Positions 29,894-38,508 of a stretch of DNA of 64,000 nucleotides are shown in pieces. Origin of the DNA: Gammaproteobacteria bacterium. GTDB lineage: Bacteria > Pseudomonadota > Gammaproteobacteria > UBA4575. Each line of letters opens with the position of its first letter. Position 1 is the stretch's first letter. Location: positions 5,219-69,218 of the forward strand of contig OZ242174.1 in assembly GCA_965205685.1 (NCBI GenBank), given 5' to 3'. The position numbers were made by a program, and so were the translations under genes. A model generated the notes under the pieces. It saw only the letters and a program-made list of their open reading frames with translations, searched no databases and had not been told where the DNA came from.

Positions 29894-29928
29894 TTGTCCA
29901 CAATCTTATCCACAAAATTTGTGGATTA
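29894..29928. promoter_or_regulatory. cluster of three DnaA-box-like 9-mers upstream of rpmE
   Basis: TTGTCCACA (29894-29902), perfect TTATCCACA (29906-29914), and inverted TAATCCACA (29920-29928). The last two form the palindrome ATCCACAAAATTTGTGGAT. A further TTATGCACA lies at 29718-29726. Confidence 0.5.
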
Positions 29929-30080
29929 CGCAATAAACCCTCACATGGACAATCAGTTAAGCAAAAATGGTTAAAAATACTTTAAGGGAATCTGCTAACT
30001 TAAAATCTCCGGATCAAGTACTTGAGTTGCAGGTTGGGGTTCAGTATGCTCCCTGCCACTTTGCGGGAGACGTCAAGATT

Positions 30081-30290
30081 ATGAAAGCCAATATCCATCC
30101 TGAGTATCAAGAAGTCGAGGTAATTTGCAGTTGTGGAAACCGCTTTACCACGCGTTCGACCTATGGTGCCGAATCCCTGCATATCGACGTATGCTCATTA
30201 TGTCACCCATTCTTCACAGGCAAGCAGAAGATAGTGGATACCGCCGGACAGGTGGACAAGTTCAGAAAGCGCTATGGCAAAAAAAGCTGA
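30081..30290 (+). CDS. rpmE: 50S ribosomal protein L31 (zinc-binding type)
   Basis: ATG at 30081 within ORF 29967..30290: MKANIHPEY...CSCGN...[13 protein letters not shown]. Confidence 0.93.
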   Translation: MKANIHPEYQEVEVICSCGNRFTTRSTYGAESLHIDVCSLCHPFFTGKQKIVDTAGQVDKFRKRYGKKS

Positions 30291-30508
30291 TGCACCACAG
30301 ATTGCCAGCACCGAGCAATTTTGAAAACTTGAAGGCCTGCTCTATCAGCACTGGATGAATCCAGCAATCTGCCGCAAGTCACCTAGGAGTACCCCAAGCT
30401 TCCCATCGGCCTGCACCTGCCCAAGATCCGGCAATAAATAAGGGTATCTGAATGCTGTCAGGCCCTGTCTGGTTGACGACTATTCTGGGAAAGCCCATGC
30501 TTCGGGGG

Positions 30509-31960
30509 ATGAAGTCTTTTATCACGTGCCTGATTCTTTCAGGATGGCTGCTCCTTCCAGGATGCGCCACCAACCCGGTCACAGGCAAGCAGGATCTGGT
30601 GCTGATGACAGAAGACCAAGAGATTGGCTTGGGTCGGCGGGCGCATCGGGAAATGATGCAGCAGTACCGCCCCTACAATGATCCTGAACTGCAACGCTAT
30701 GTCGAAGAGATTGTCCGGGAACTATCGCAACAAAGTCACCGCAAGGACCTGGTATTTCATGTAACGGTTCTGGACAGCCCCCAGATCAACGCCTTCGCAT
30801 TGCCGGGTGGCTACATATACATCACACGCGGCATTATGGCCTACATGAACTCGGAAGCCGAGCTGGCAGGTGTGCTGGGTCATGAAATCGGGCACGTCAC
30901 GGCACGGCACGGAGTCCGCCAGCAAAGCGCCGGAACACTGACCGATCTGGTGGGTAAAGGCATAGAGGTCCTGACAGGAAGCCAAATCGCATCACAGGCT
31001 GCAGGGATCGGAGGGGTTGCACTGATTCGCGGCTACGGCCGCAAACACGAACTGGAAGCGGATCGCCTCGGCGCCGAGTATCTGGCCCGTGTCGGCTATG
31101 ACCCCGAGGAAATGATCAGCGTTCTGGGAATACTTAAATCCCAAGAAGAGTTCGAAAAGAAACTGGCTGAACAGGAAGGGCGCGAGCCCAACGTGTACCA
31201 CGGCATATTCTCGACCCATCCGGATAACGACTCGCGCCTTCAGGAAGTAGTGCAGGCTGCAGACAAATTCAGGTCACCAGTTGCGCGCAAGGTCAACCGC
31301 GAGAGATTTTTGCGCTTGGTAGAGGGACTCACATTCGGTCCTGGCGAAAGTGACGGTGTGTTGCGAGACCAGAAATTTTATCATGGGGACTTGGATCTCT
31401 TTATTGAGTTCCCCGAAGGCTGGAAGATAGAAAACCTGCCCAGTCGCCTGGTAGCAAGCCCTGCAGACGGGGAACTGCAACTACTGGTTGCAGTAGAGGA
31501 CCTGAACAGATACCTGACCCCAAAAGAATTTCTAACCCGGCAAACCCAAGGGCGGCTCCGCCAGGGTCAAGACATACAGACTGGAGATTTTGCGGGCTAC
31601 ACGGGGTACACCACCCTGAACATCAAGGGTACGCCGCGGCCGGGACGTGTTGCAGCTGTGATCCAGGGTACACGTGTCTACACGATTACGGCCATCGGTA
31701 AAGACCAGAGTGTCCTGGACCGCTATGACCGTAGAGTGCTCCACACGGTTCGGAGCATGCGACACCTTAAAGGAGGTGAAAAAAAACTGGCTGAACCCCA
31801 GCGCATCAGGCTGATTCGTGCAAAGCCAGGGGATACTTTCGCTTCCCTGGCAAAACAGTCGACTCTCACCAATCACCCCGTGGAACAATTGCGACTGATC
31901 AACGGTATGTATCCCAAGGGCGAGCTCAAACCCGGCCAATGGATCAAAATTGTCCACTGA
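30509..31960 (+). CDS. M48-family zinc metallopeptidase lipoprotein with C-terminal LysM domain
   Basis: ATG at 30509 gives a lipobox (LLLPGC). HEIGHVTARH zinc motif. C-terminal LysM-like segment (PGDTFASLAK...LRLINGM). Confidence 0.88.
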   Translation: MKSFITCLILSGWLLLPGCATNPVTGKQDLVLMTEDQEIGLGRRAHREMMQQYRPYNDPELQRYVEEIVRELSQQSHRKDLVFHVTVLDSPQINAFALPGGYIYITRGIMAYMNSEAELAGVLGHEIGHVTARHGVRQQSAGTLTDLVGKGIEVLTGSQIASQAAGIGGVALIRGYGRKHELEADRLGAEYLARVGYDPEEMISVLGILKSQEEFEKKLAEQEGREPNVYHGIFSTHPDNDSRLQEVVQAADKFRSPVARKVNRERFLRLVEGLTFGPGESDGVLRDQKFYHGDLDLFIEFPEGWKIENLPSRLVASPADGELQLLVAVEDLNRYLTPKEFLTRQTQGRLRQGQDIQTGDFAGYTGYTTLNIKGTPRPGRVAAVIQGTRVYTITAIGKDQSVLDRYDRRVLHTVRSMRHLKGGEKKLAEPQRIRLIRAKPGDTFASLAKQSTLTNHPVEQLRLINGMYPKGELKPGQWIKIVH

Positions 31961-32009
31961 GTCGATTGCGTATATCAGCCCTTCATTCTGAATCTTTTGG
32001 AAACTTCAC

Positions 32010-32900
32010 ATGACACCTGACAAGGTCTACCTCATCGATTCCAGTATCTACGTGTTTCGCGCCTGGTTTACCGTGCCGAATCACATCGTGAATCAAGACA
32101 ATGAGCCCGTAAACGCCGTGTACGGCTTTGTCGACTTCGTACACCAGTTTCTGAAACAGACGCAGGCCAAGCACATTGCCTTTGCCTTTGACGAAAGCCT
32201 CAGCACCTCCTTCCGTAACCAGCTGTATCCTGAATACAAGGCGAATCGTGAACCTGCCCCCCAGGAACTCAAACGGCAGTTTGTCTACTGCCGGGAACTT
32301 TTGCAGGCCTCGGGATTATTCGAGACAGCACAACCCAAATATGAAGCGGACGACATCATAGGTACGCTGGCCAGACAAATGCGCCGGCGCGGTCATCCGA
32401 TTACCATCGTGACCTCAGACAAGGATCTGGCACAGCTTATTTTTAAAAACGACATTCTGTGGAATTTTGCAAAAGGCCAGCGACACTCCATCCCCCAGAT
32501 CAGAAAACAGTTTGGCGTCGACCCAAGCCAGATCGCTGACCAGCTCGCCATCGCGGGTGACAAGACGGATAACATCGAAGGCGCACCGGGCATTGGCATG
32601 GCCACTGCAGCCAAGTTGCTGAACCAGTTTTCCAGCCTAGAAGAATTGCTCAGTAACTGTGCGGAAATCAGCTCGATGAACATTCGTGGAGCCAAGCGCA
32701 TCCAAGGCCTGATTGAGGATCACCAGGAGCATCTGTTGCTGTATAAGAAGCTGACAACGATTTATTGTGACATCGATTTCTCCGACGACATCAGCCTGGA
32801 ACGGAAACCTCCTGATTTTCCGACCCTTGAGAAGTTGTTTGACAAATTAGGGTTCAGCAAATATCGACGTGAGCGATGGCTGAGTGTCCTTGGAGCCTGA
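32010..32900 (+). CDS. stand-alone 5'-3' exonuclease / flap endonuclease (Pol I N-terminal domain family)
   Basis: 296 aa. LIDSSIYVFRAWF, YEADDIIGTLA, TSDKDLAQL and H3TH region GDKTDNIEGAPGIG. Confidence 0.88.
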   Translation: MTPDKVYLIDSSIYVFRAWFTVPNHIVNQDNEPVNAVYGFVDFVHQFLKQTQAKHIAFAFDESLSTSFRNQLYPEYKANREPAPQELKRQFVYCRELLQASGLFETAQPKYEADDIIGTLARQMRRRGHPITIVTSDKDLAQLIFKNDILWNFAKGQRHSIPQIRKQFGVDPSQIADQLAIAGDKTDNIEGAPGIGMATAAKLLNQFSSLEELLSNCAEISSMNIRGAKRIQGLIEDHQEHLLLYKKLTTIYCDIDFSDDISLERKPPDFPTLEKLFDKLGFSKYRRERWLSVLGA

Positions 32901-33792
32901 AACAGCAGACGCGTGCATCGACCTGCAGTCGCTGGAAGTGCATCTGAGCAGGAAAATTGCAAAGCCTCTGCACATTGAAAAAATCACACCGATTGCAGGC
33001 GGTGACATCAGTAAAACCTTTAAAGTTCAGTGCAAACCCAATCCTTGTTTTTTAAAAATTCACCACACAAGCATGTATGCCATGCTGCAAAGCGAAGCAC
33101 GGAATCTGGAGGCTCTGGGCAAGACAGAGACCTTGCGTGTCCCGCTGCCTATTGCCCATGGACAGGTCGGCAATCACTGCTATCTTTTGCTTGAATTTCT
33201 GGAACTTCATCAAAGTGGGCCTGGTGCTACCTTGGGTAGACTGCTTGCCCGATTGCACCGGCATACAGAAAGCTACTACGGCTGGTTCGAGGACAACTGG
33301 ATCGGCACGACTTCACAACCGAACACGAAGTGCACGGACTGGGTTTCATTCTGGCGTCATAGACGGCTTGCACATCAACTGAAGCTGGCGAAGCATAACT
33401 GCGCCCCGAACACGCTGCTAGAACATGGCGAACATTTGCTGTGTGATATGGACGGACTGTTTGAGAATTACTCACCAGAATCCAACCTTTTGCACGGTGA
33501 TCTTTGGTCAGGAAATTTTGCCTTCGACGCAAAGGCAAGACCGGTAGTTTATGACCCGGCCTGTTATTACGGGGACCGGGAAACCGATCTCGCCATGACT
33601 GAGCTATTTGGTGGCTTCAGTCGAGAATTCTACAGCGCCTACATGGAGGCATACCCTCTGGACGGGGGCTACCGGGTACGCAAGGATTTCTACAATCTCT
33701 ATCACGTCCTGAACCACTTCAACTTGTTTGGCGGCAGTTATGCCAAGCAGGCCGAGCAAACTTGCCTGAAAGTACTCAGCGAGCTCAAGTAG
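32884..33792 (+). CDS. fructosamine/ketosamine-3-kinase family protein
   Basis: 302 aa, GTG start overlapping the exonuclease gene by 17 nt. LLHGDLWSGN and aminoglycoside-kinase-like fold motifs. Confidence 0.88.
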   Translation: MSLEPETADACIDLQSLEVHLSRKIAKPLHIEKITPIAGGDISKTFKVQCKPNPCFLKIHHTSMYAMLQSEARNLEALGKTETLRVPLPIAHGQVGNHCYLLLEFLELHQSGPGATLGRLLARLHRHTESYYGWFEDNWIGTTSQPNTKCTDWVSFWRHRRLAHQLKLAKHNCAPNTLLEHGEHLLCDMDGLFENYSPESNLLHGDLWSGNFAFDAKARPVVYDPACYYGDRETDLAMTELFGGFSREFYSAYMEAYPLDGGYRVRKDFYNLYHVLNHFNLFGGSYAKQAEQTCLKVLSELK

Positions 33793-33812
33793 TTAGCTGT
33801 CAGAACGTCACA

Positions 33813-34916
33813 CTATTGTTTCGCACCCAGCTGCAGTGCGCGCTGGCGAACGGTTTCCCGCTCTTCGGGCACCTTAGGGCTCTGGGTGCATTCCGGCCAG
33901 CCCTGTATATGCCGGGAGATGATCCGCGTCAGGGCTTGGATATGCGCATGTGTGTCATTCAGGGCCGGGATGTAGTTGAAAGACTTTCCTCCACTGCGTA
34001 GAAATATTTCATGATTCTGCATATCGATTTCTTCCAGGGTCTCAATGCAGTCGGCTGAAAATCCAGGGCAAAATACATCAACTGATTCGATCCCTTCAGA
34101 AGGCAGTTTTTTCAGGGTTTTATCGGTATAGGGCTGCAACCATTCGGTCATGCCGAAACGCGATTGAAAAGTAAGCAGCCAGTCCTCGTCGTTCAAGCCC
34201 AGCTGTTCTGCAATCAAGCGTGCTGTTTGATGACATTCGCAGTGATAGGGGTCTCCCTGCAACAGACTACGCTTTGGCAGTCCGTGAAAAGAAAACAACA
34301 GCCTCTGGCTGCGCGGATGCTGCTCCCAGTGTGAACTGATCCGTTCTGCACAGGCACGAATATACTCAGGTTCCGCACCGTAACAGTTGATCATGCGTAT
34401 TTCCGGGATCCACCTCAATTGCTCAAACTGCTTCGCCAGCGCGTCAAATGTAGAGGCCGCGGTACTGGCAGAATACTGTGGGTACATGGGAAATATCAGT
34501 ATGCGACGGGCATTATTTTCCTGCAGAATTTGCAAGGCCGATGCTATCGAAGGCTGGCCATAACGCATGGCGAGGACCACCTTTACCCGGCCGGCACAAG
34601 ATTCCTGCAATGCCGTCTGCAATGCGGATTCCTGCTTTTTTCCAATGGCCAAGAGCGGCGAGCCTTCTTCAGTCCAGATTTTGACGTAAGACTCAACTTT
34701 TTTCCGTGGCCGCAACTGCAGCACTGCCGTATGCAGAATCAACCACCACAGGGCTCTGGGCATCTCAACAACCCTCGGGTCCCATAAAAACTCTGCAAGA
34801 AATTTCCGGATAGCACGGATTGTCGGCGCATCCGGTGTACCCAGGTTGACAATCAGCACGCCAAGGCAGGTGTCGTCCCCGTGAACATGATCCTTTTTAC
34901 CTTTGTATTTCAACAT
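33813..34916 (-). CDS. hemH: ferrochelatase
   Basis: ORF 33813..35006. The ATG at 34916 gives MLKYK...GVLIVNLGTPDAPT. MRYGQPSI and FSFHGLP motifs. Confidence 0.92.
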   Translation of the reverse strand: MLKYKGKKDHVHGDDTCLGVLIVNLGTPDAPTIRAIRKFLAEFLWDPRVVEMPRALWWLILHTAVLQLRPRKKVESYVKIWTEEGSPLLAIGKKQESALQTALQESCAGRVKVVLAMRYGQPSIASALQILQENNARRILIFPMYPQYSASTAASTFDALAKQFEQLRWIPEIRMINCYGAEPEYIRACAERISSHWEQHPRSQRLLFSFHGLPKRSLLQGDPYHCECHQTARLIAEQLGLNDEDWLLTFQSRFGMTEWLQPYTDKTLKKLPSEGIESVDVFCPGFSADCIETLEEIDMQNHEIFLRSGGKSFNYIPALNDTHAHIQALTRIISRHIQGWPECTQSPKVPEERETVRQRALQLGAKQ

Positions 34917-35034
34917 CAATGTGAACTGCTTAATATCACCTGCAGCGAATCCCGGCCATAGGTGGAGGAAAAATGTGAGGCCTGTCGACCTCGACAGCCG
35001 GCACAATTTTTTGTTCCTCCAAGGGTACTGTCAA

Positions 35035-35691
35035 TTATGCCAGTTTGTTGAAACGCTTATGCAAGGGGCTAGTACGTGGGAAATGTGCCAGCAAAAACTT
35101 CATCTGGTCAGCGAGTACACGATGCCCCTGCAAAAAAATGTATTCTGCATGAGTGGGAGTAAAAGGAATTGCAAGCAACTGCATGTTGGCCTGCTCGGGG
35201 GTTTGCCCGGCTTTATGATTATTGCAGCGCTTACAGGCAGTGACGACATTGTTCCAGTCATCATAACCACCCTGGCTCAGAGGGCGCACATGATCTCTTG
35301 ACAAGTCACGTCGAGTGAATTGTTGGCCGCAGTACATGCACAGGTTGGCATCCCGCTTGAACAATGCACGATTATTCAGGGGAGGGATATAGCTGTCATG
35401 CAAGGAGCGGTTGCTGCCCTGTGTGGCAATGATGGAATGGACCTCGATTTGACTGCGAAGACCACTGCGCGCATTGATGCCGCCGCGTACAACATACAGG
35501 CGCTCTCCGCAGGTATAGGCTACCTGCTCAATATGGTACAGGCGTACCGCATCCTGGTAATTCACCCATTCCATGGGCATGCCTGATACATCCGTGCGTA
35601 GTATTTGTAGGTTGAAGTTGTTCACTGGTTCACCGAAGCCACTCACAACGAGGCCAGAACACACTTTGTCGCACTTGTAAGATTGGAGCAT
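35035..35691 (-). CDS. HNH endonuclease family protein
   Basis: 218 aa. CMYCG...DHVRPLSQGG...NVVTACKRCNNHK (HNH/His-Me finger). Confidence 0.8.
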   Translation of the reverse strand: MLQSYKCDKVCSGLVVSGFGEPVNNFNLQILRTDVSGMPMEWVNYQDAVRLYHIEQVAYTCGERLYVVRGGINARSGLRSQIEVHSIIATQGSNRSLHDSYIPPLNNRALFKRDANLCMYCGQQFTRRDLSRDHVRPLSQGGYDDWNNVVTACKRCNNHKAGQTPEQANMQLLAIPFTPTHAEYIFLQGHRVLADQMKFLLAHFPRTSPLHKRFNKLA

Positions 35692-35986
35692 GTGAATACT
35701 ACACTATTTCTACACATGCAATGACCTCCCACCCTGCCGGGAAGGCCGCATCGCCTGCAGAAACAAAAGAAAAGGCTTGTACAGGCATGTGCTATGAAAG
35801 GGATATCCAGCAATATTGATGTGGTTTATTCACATTTGGCGCTAAGCATGATGCGATCATGCTCCGGATCACTGGAACCCGTGCATCAAGATAGATCATT
35901 GATTTTAAAGGGTTCATCTGATGATTTTTGATAATTCCTACAAACCGAAGATTTTTTAAAGTGGCATGGAGGCCTGGAACGACATT

Positions 35987-36007
35987 TTATCCACAGAATT
36001 ATCCACA
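35987..36007 (+). promoter_or_regulatory. two tandem perfect DnaA boxes upstream of priA
   Basis: TTATCCACA at 35987-35995 and again at 35999-36007, same orientation, 12 bp start to start. They end 79 bp upstream of the priA ATG. A relaxed box TTATTCACA lies at 35826-35834. Confidence 0.5.
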
Positions 36008-36085
36008 GCATGCCGAGCGAAGCAGGCACGTACTAGGCAAGGCCCAAACAGCAATTGAAGTGCCTTGGTAGACTATTGCATCACT

Positions 36086-38290
36086 ATGCCAGCACTCCCC
36101 GTTTTAAAAATTGCGCTGCCTGTACCACTGTATAAGTATTTCGAGTACAGAGCCCCTCTGGGCACTGCCTTCGACAACATCCAGGTGGGGGTGCGTGTCC
36201 GTGCGCCATTCGGAAAACGAATTCTCACTGGCATCGTTGTAGAGAAATGCCCCAAGTCCTCGCTTGCCCCGGACAAGCTCAAGACAGTCCAGGAAATTCT
36301 GGATACCGAGCCTGTATTTGATCCTGTCTTGAAAAAACTGCTGTTTTGGGTAGCACGATATTATCAGCAACCAACGGGTGAAGTGCTCAATGCTGCCCTT
36401 CCAAAGGCATTGCGAAAGCAGAAGCATATCCGCACTGCCTCCAAGGCCATCTACCGCGCCTGTACGAAAAAGGCCATCGGACAACTGTTGGATAGGGCAC
36501 CCAAACAAAGGCAGGTGTTTGAACTCATCAAAGCGCATCCCGCAGGCCTTACTGCCGATGAGATAACTGCACACATGAGTCACTGGCACCCATTTGTCCA
36601 TGCCTTGATAGACAAGAATCTTGTCCAGAAAACCACGTGTAACAAAGTCTCCGCAAAACCTCCTCGTGCTGTTGCAGAATCCTTGACCCTCAATCAGGAA
36701 CAACGTCATGCCTTCGAGCAGGTCCATCGAAGTATCCGTCAATTTGGTGTCTACCTGCTGGCAGGTGTGACCGGCAGTGGCAAAACCGAGGTGTACCTCG
36801 CTCTGGCAAAGGATGTAATAGCGCGTGGCAAGCAGGTATTGATACTTGTTCCAGAGATCGGGTTGACGCCACAGTTAGTACAGAGAATTGAATCCAGGCT
36901 GAACATTCAAGTCGCACTGATGCACTCTGATTTAAGCACGGGCGAAGGAGCACAGACATGGTTACAGGCCAACACAGGCCAGGCGAGTATCGTTGTTGGT
37001 ACCCGGTCAGCCATATTTCTACCTTTCAGAAACCTTGGCCTGATCGTAGTCGATGAGGAGCATGACCTATCATTCAAGCAACAGGAAGGCATCCTGTACA
37101 GCGCACGTGACGTTGCGGTTTATCGGGCCAAGCAACTTTCAATTCCTATCGTTTTGGGCAGTGCAACACCTTCTCTGGAAAGCCAGCACAATGCCATTTT
37201 GGGCCATTACCGAAATGTCACTTTGAGCAAACGTGCAAAACTTGCCAAGATTCCCCAAGTGAAGCTGATCGACCTGCGTTCCAAACACGCCATAGATGGT
37301 CTGTCGAGTGAGTTGTTGCAGGCCATAGAGACTGAACTCAAACAAAAACACCAAGTTCTGCTCTTTTTGAACCGGCGCGGTTTTGCTCCTGTTCTGCTTT
37401 GTCATGATTGTGCCTGGACGGCCGAGTGCGCGCGTTGCGACTCACACATGGTTTTTTACAAGGGACAGGACATTATCAAGTGTCACCACTGCCAGAAACA
37501 GGAAAAAGCTCCTGTGGCATGTCCGCAATGCGGTTCAGAAAACCTCATATTCTTGGGCGAAGGGACACAGCGTATTGAGAACCGTCTCAAGAAAATTTTT
37601 CCCGACACTGCCATGATACGCATTGATCGCGATAGCACGCGCAAAAAACATACTCTTCAGGATAAGCTGGAGGAGGTACGCCAGGGTAAACACCAGATAA
37701 TCATTGGCACACAGATGCTCGCCAAGGGACATGACTTTCCCAATGTAACCCTGGTAGGCATCCTGAATGTTGATCACGGATTATTGAGCAGTGACTTCCG
37801 CGCTTCGGAGCGCTTGGCACAATTAATTGTGCAGGTGTCAGGCAGGGCAGGACGATCCGCAAAAAAAGGCAGGGTACTGCTGCAAACCCACCAGCCTGAG
37901 CATCCTTTGCTCAACCGTTTGCTGACGCATGGCTATCAGGATTTTTCCAAAGAAGTCCTTCGGCAACGTGAACGCTGTGTGCTGCCCCCCTTTTCCTTCA
38001 TGCTGCTGGTTCGTGCGCGCGCGCAACAACAAGATTTGACCTATCGATTCTTGCGGGAAATCAAATCCTCGATGCTGCCCTCAAACTCATCGAGCCTGAA
38101 CCTGTTCGGACCTATTCCTGCCAGTCTCGAACGCAAGGCTGGCATGTATCAAAGCCAATTGGTAGCCATTGCCACCAGCAGAAAGGCGATACAAGCACGC
38201 CTGCCCAACTGGACCACGGTGATTCAGCAACATCCGCTTGCAAAACGCGTACGCTGGAACATCGAAGTGGACCCGCTTGAAACTGCCTGA
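36086..38290 (+). CDS. priA: primosomal replication-restart helicase PriA
   Basis: ORF 36065..38290 with an ATG at 36086. Walker A GVTGSGKTEVY, DEEHD, and Cys-rich zinc region (CHDCAW...CARC...CHHC...CPQC). Confidence 0.95.
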   Translation: MPALPVLKIALPVPLYKYFEYRAPLGTAFDNIQVGVRVRAPFGKRILTGIVVEKCPKSSLAPDKLKTVQEILDTEPVFDPVLKKLLFWVARYYQQPTGEVLNAALPKALRKQKHIRTASKAIYRACTKKAIGQLLDRAPKQRQVFELIKAHPAGLTADEITAHMSHWHPFVHALIDKNLVQKTTCNKVSAKPPRAVAESLTLNQEQRHAFEQVHRSIRQFGVYLLAGVTGSGKTEVYLALAKDVIARGKQVLILVPEIGLTPQLVQRIESRLNIQVALMHSDLSTGEGAQTWLQANTGQASIVVGTRSAIFLPFRNLGLIVVDEEHDLSFKQQEGILYSARDVAVYRAKQLSIPIVLGSATPSLESQHNAILGHYRNVTLSKRAKLAKIPQVKLIDLRSKHAIDGLSSELLQAIETELKQKHQVLLFLNRRGFAPVLLCHDCAWTAECARCDSHMVFYKGQDIIKCHHCQKQEKAPVACPQCGSENLIFLGEGTQRIENRLKKIFPDTAMIRIDRDSTRKKHTLQDKLEEVRQGKHQIIIGTQMLAKGHDFPNVTLVGILNVDHGLLSSDFRASERLAQLIVQVSGRAGRSAKKGRVLLQTHQPEHPLLNRLLTHGYQDFSKEVLRQRERCVLPPFSFMLLVRARAQQQDLTYRFLREIKSSMLPSNSSSLNLFGPIPASLERKAGMYQSQLVAIATSRKAIQARLPNWTTVIQQHPLAKRVRWNIEVDPLETA

Positions 38291-38508
38291 TCAGCAATGC
38301 TGAAATCCGGGCGACATTTTCCATGTAATTCTCCGGCCTGTACGGACATTCTCTTTGATCCTGAAGCGGCACAATTTTGCAAGAAACCCCAAGTTTCGTG
38401 AGCGATTAAAGTCAGAAAATTGCCAAGCCATATACCTTGTCAAATTCGCGTACAGGGTAGTTACATTTGGGTACAATGCAGCCTGCCTTACAGGATTATC
38501 CTTTCTTC

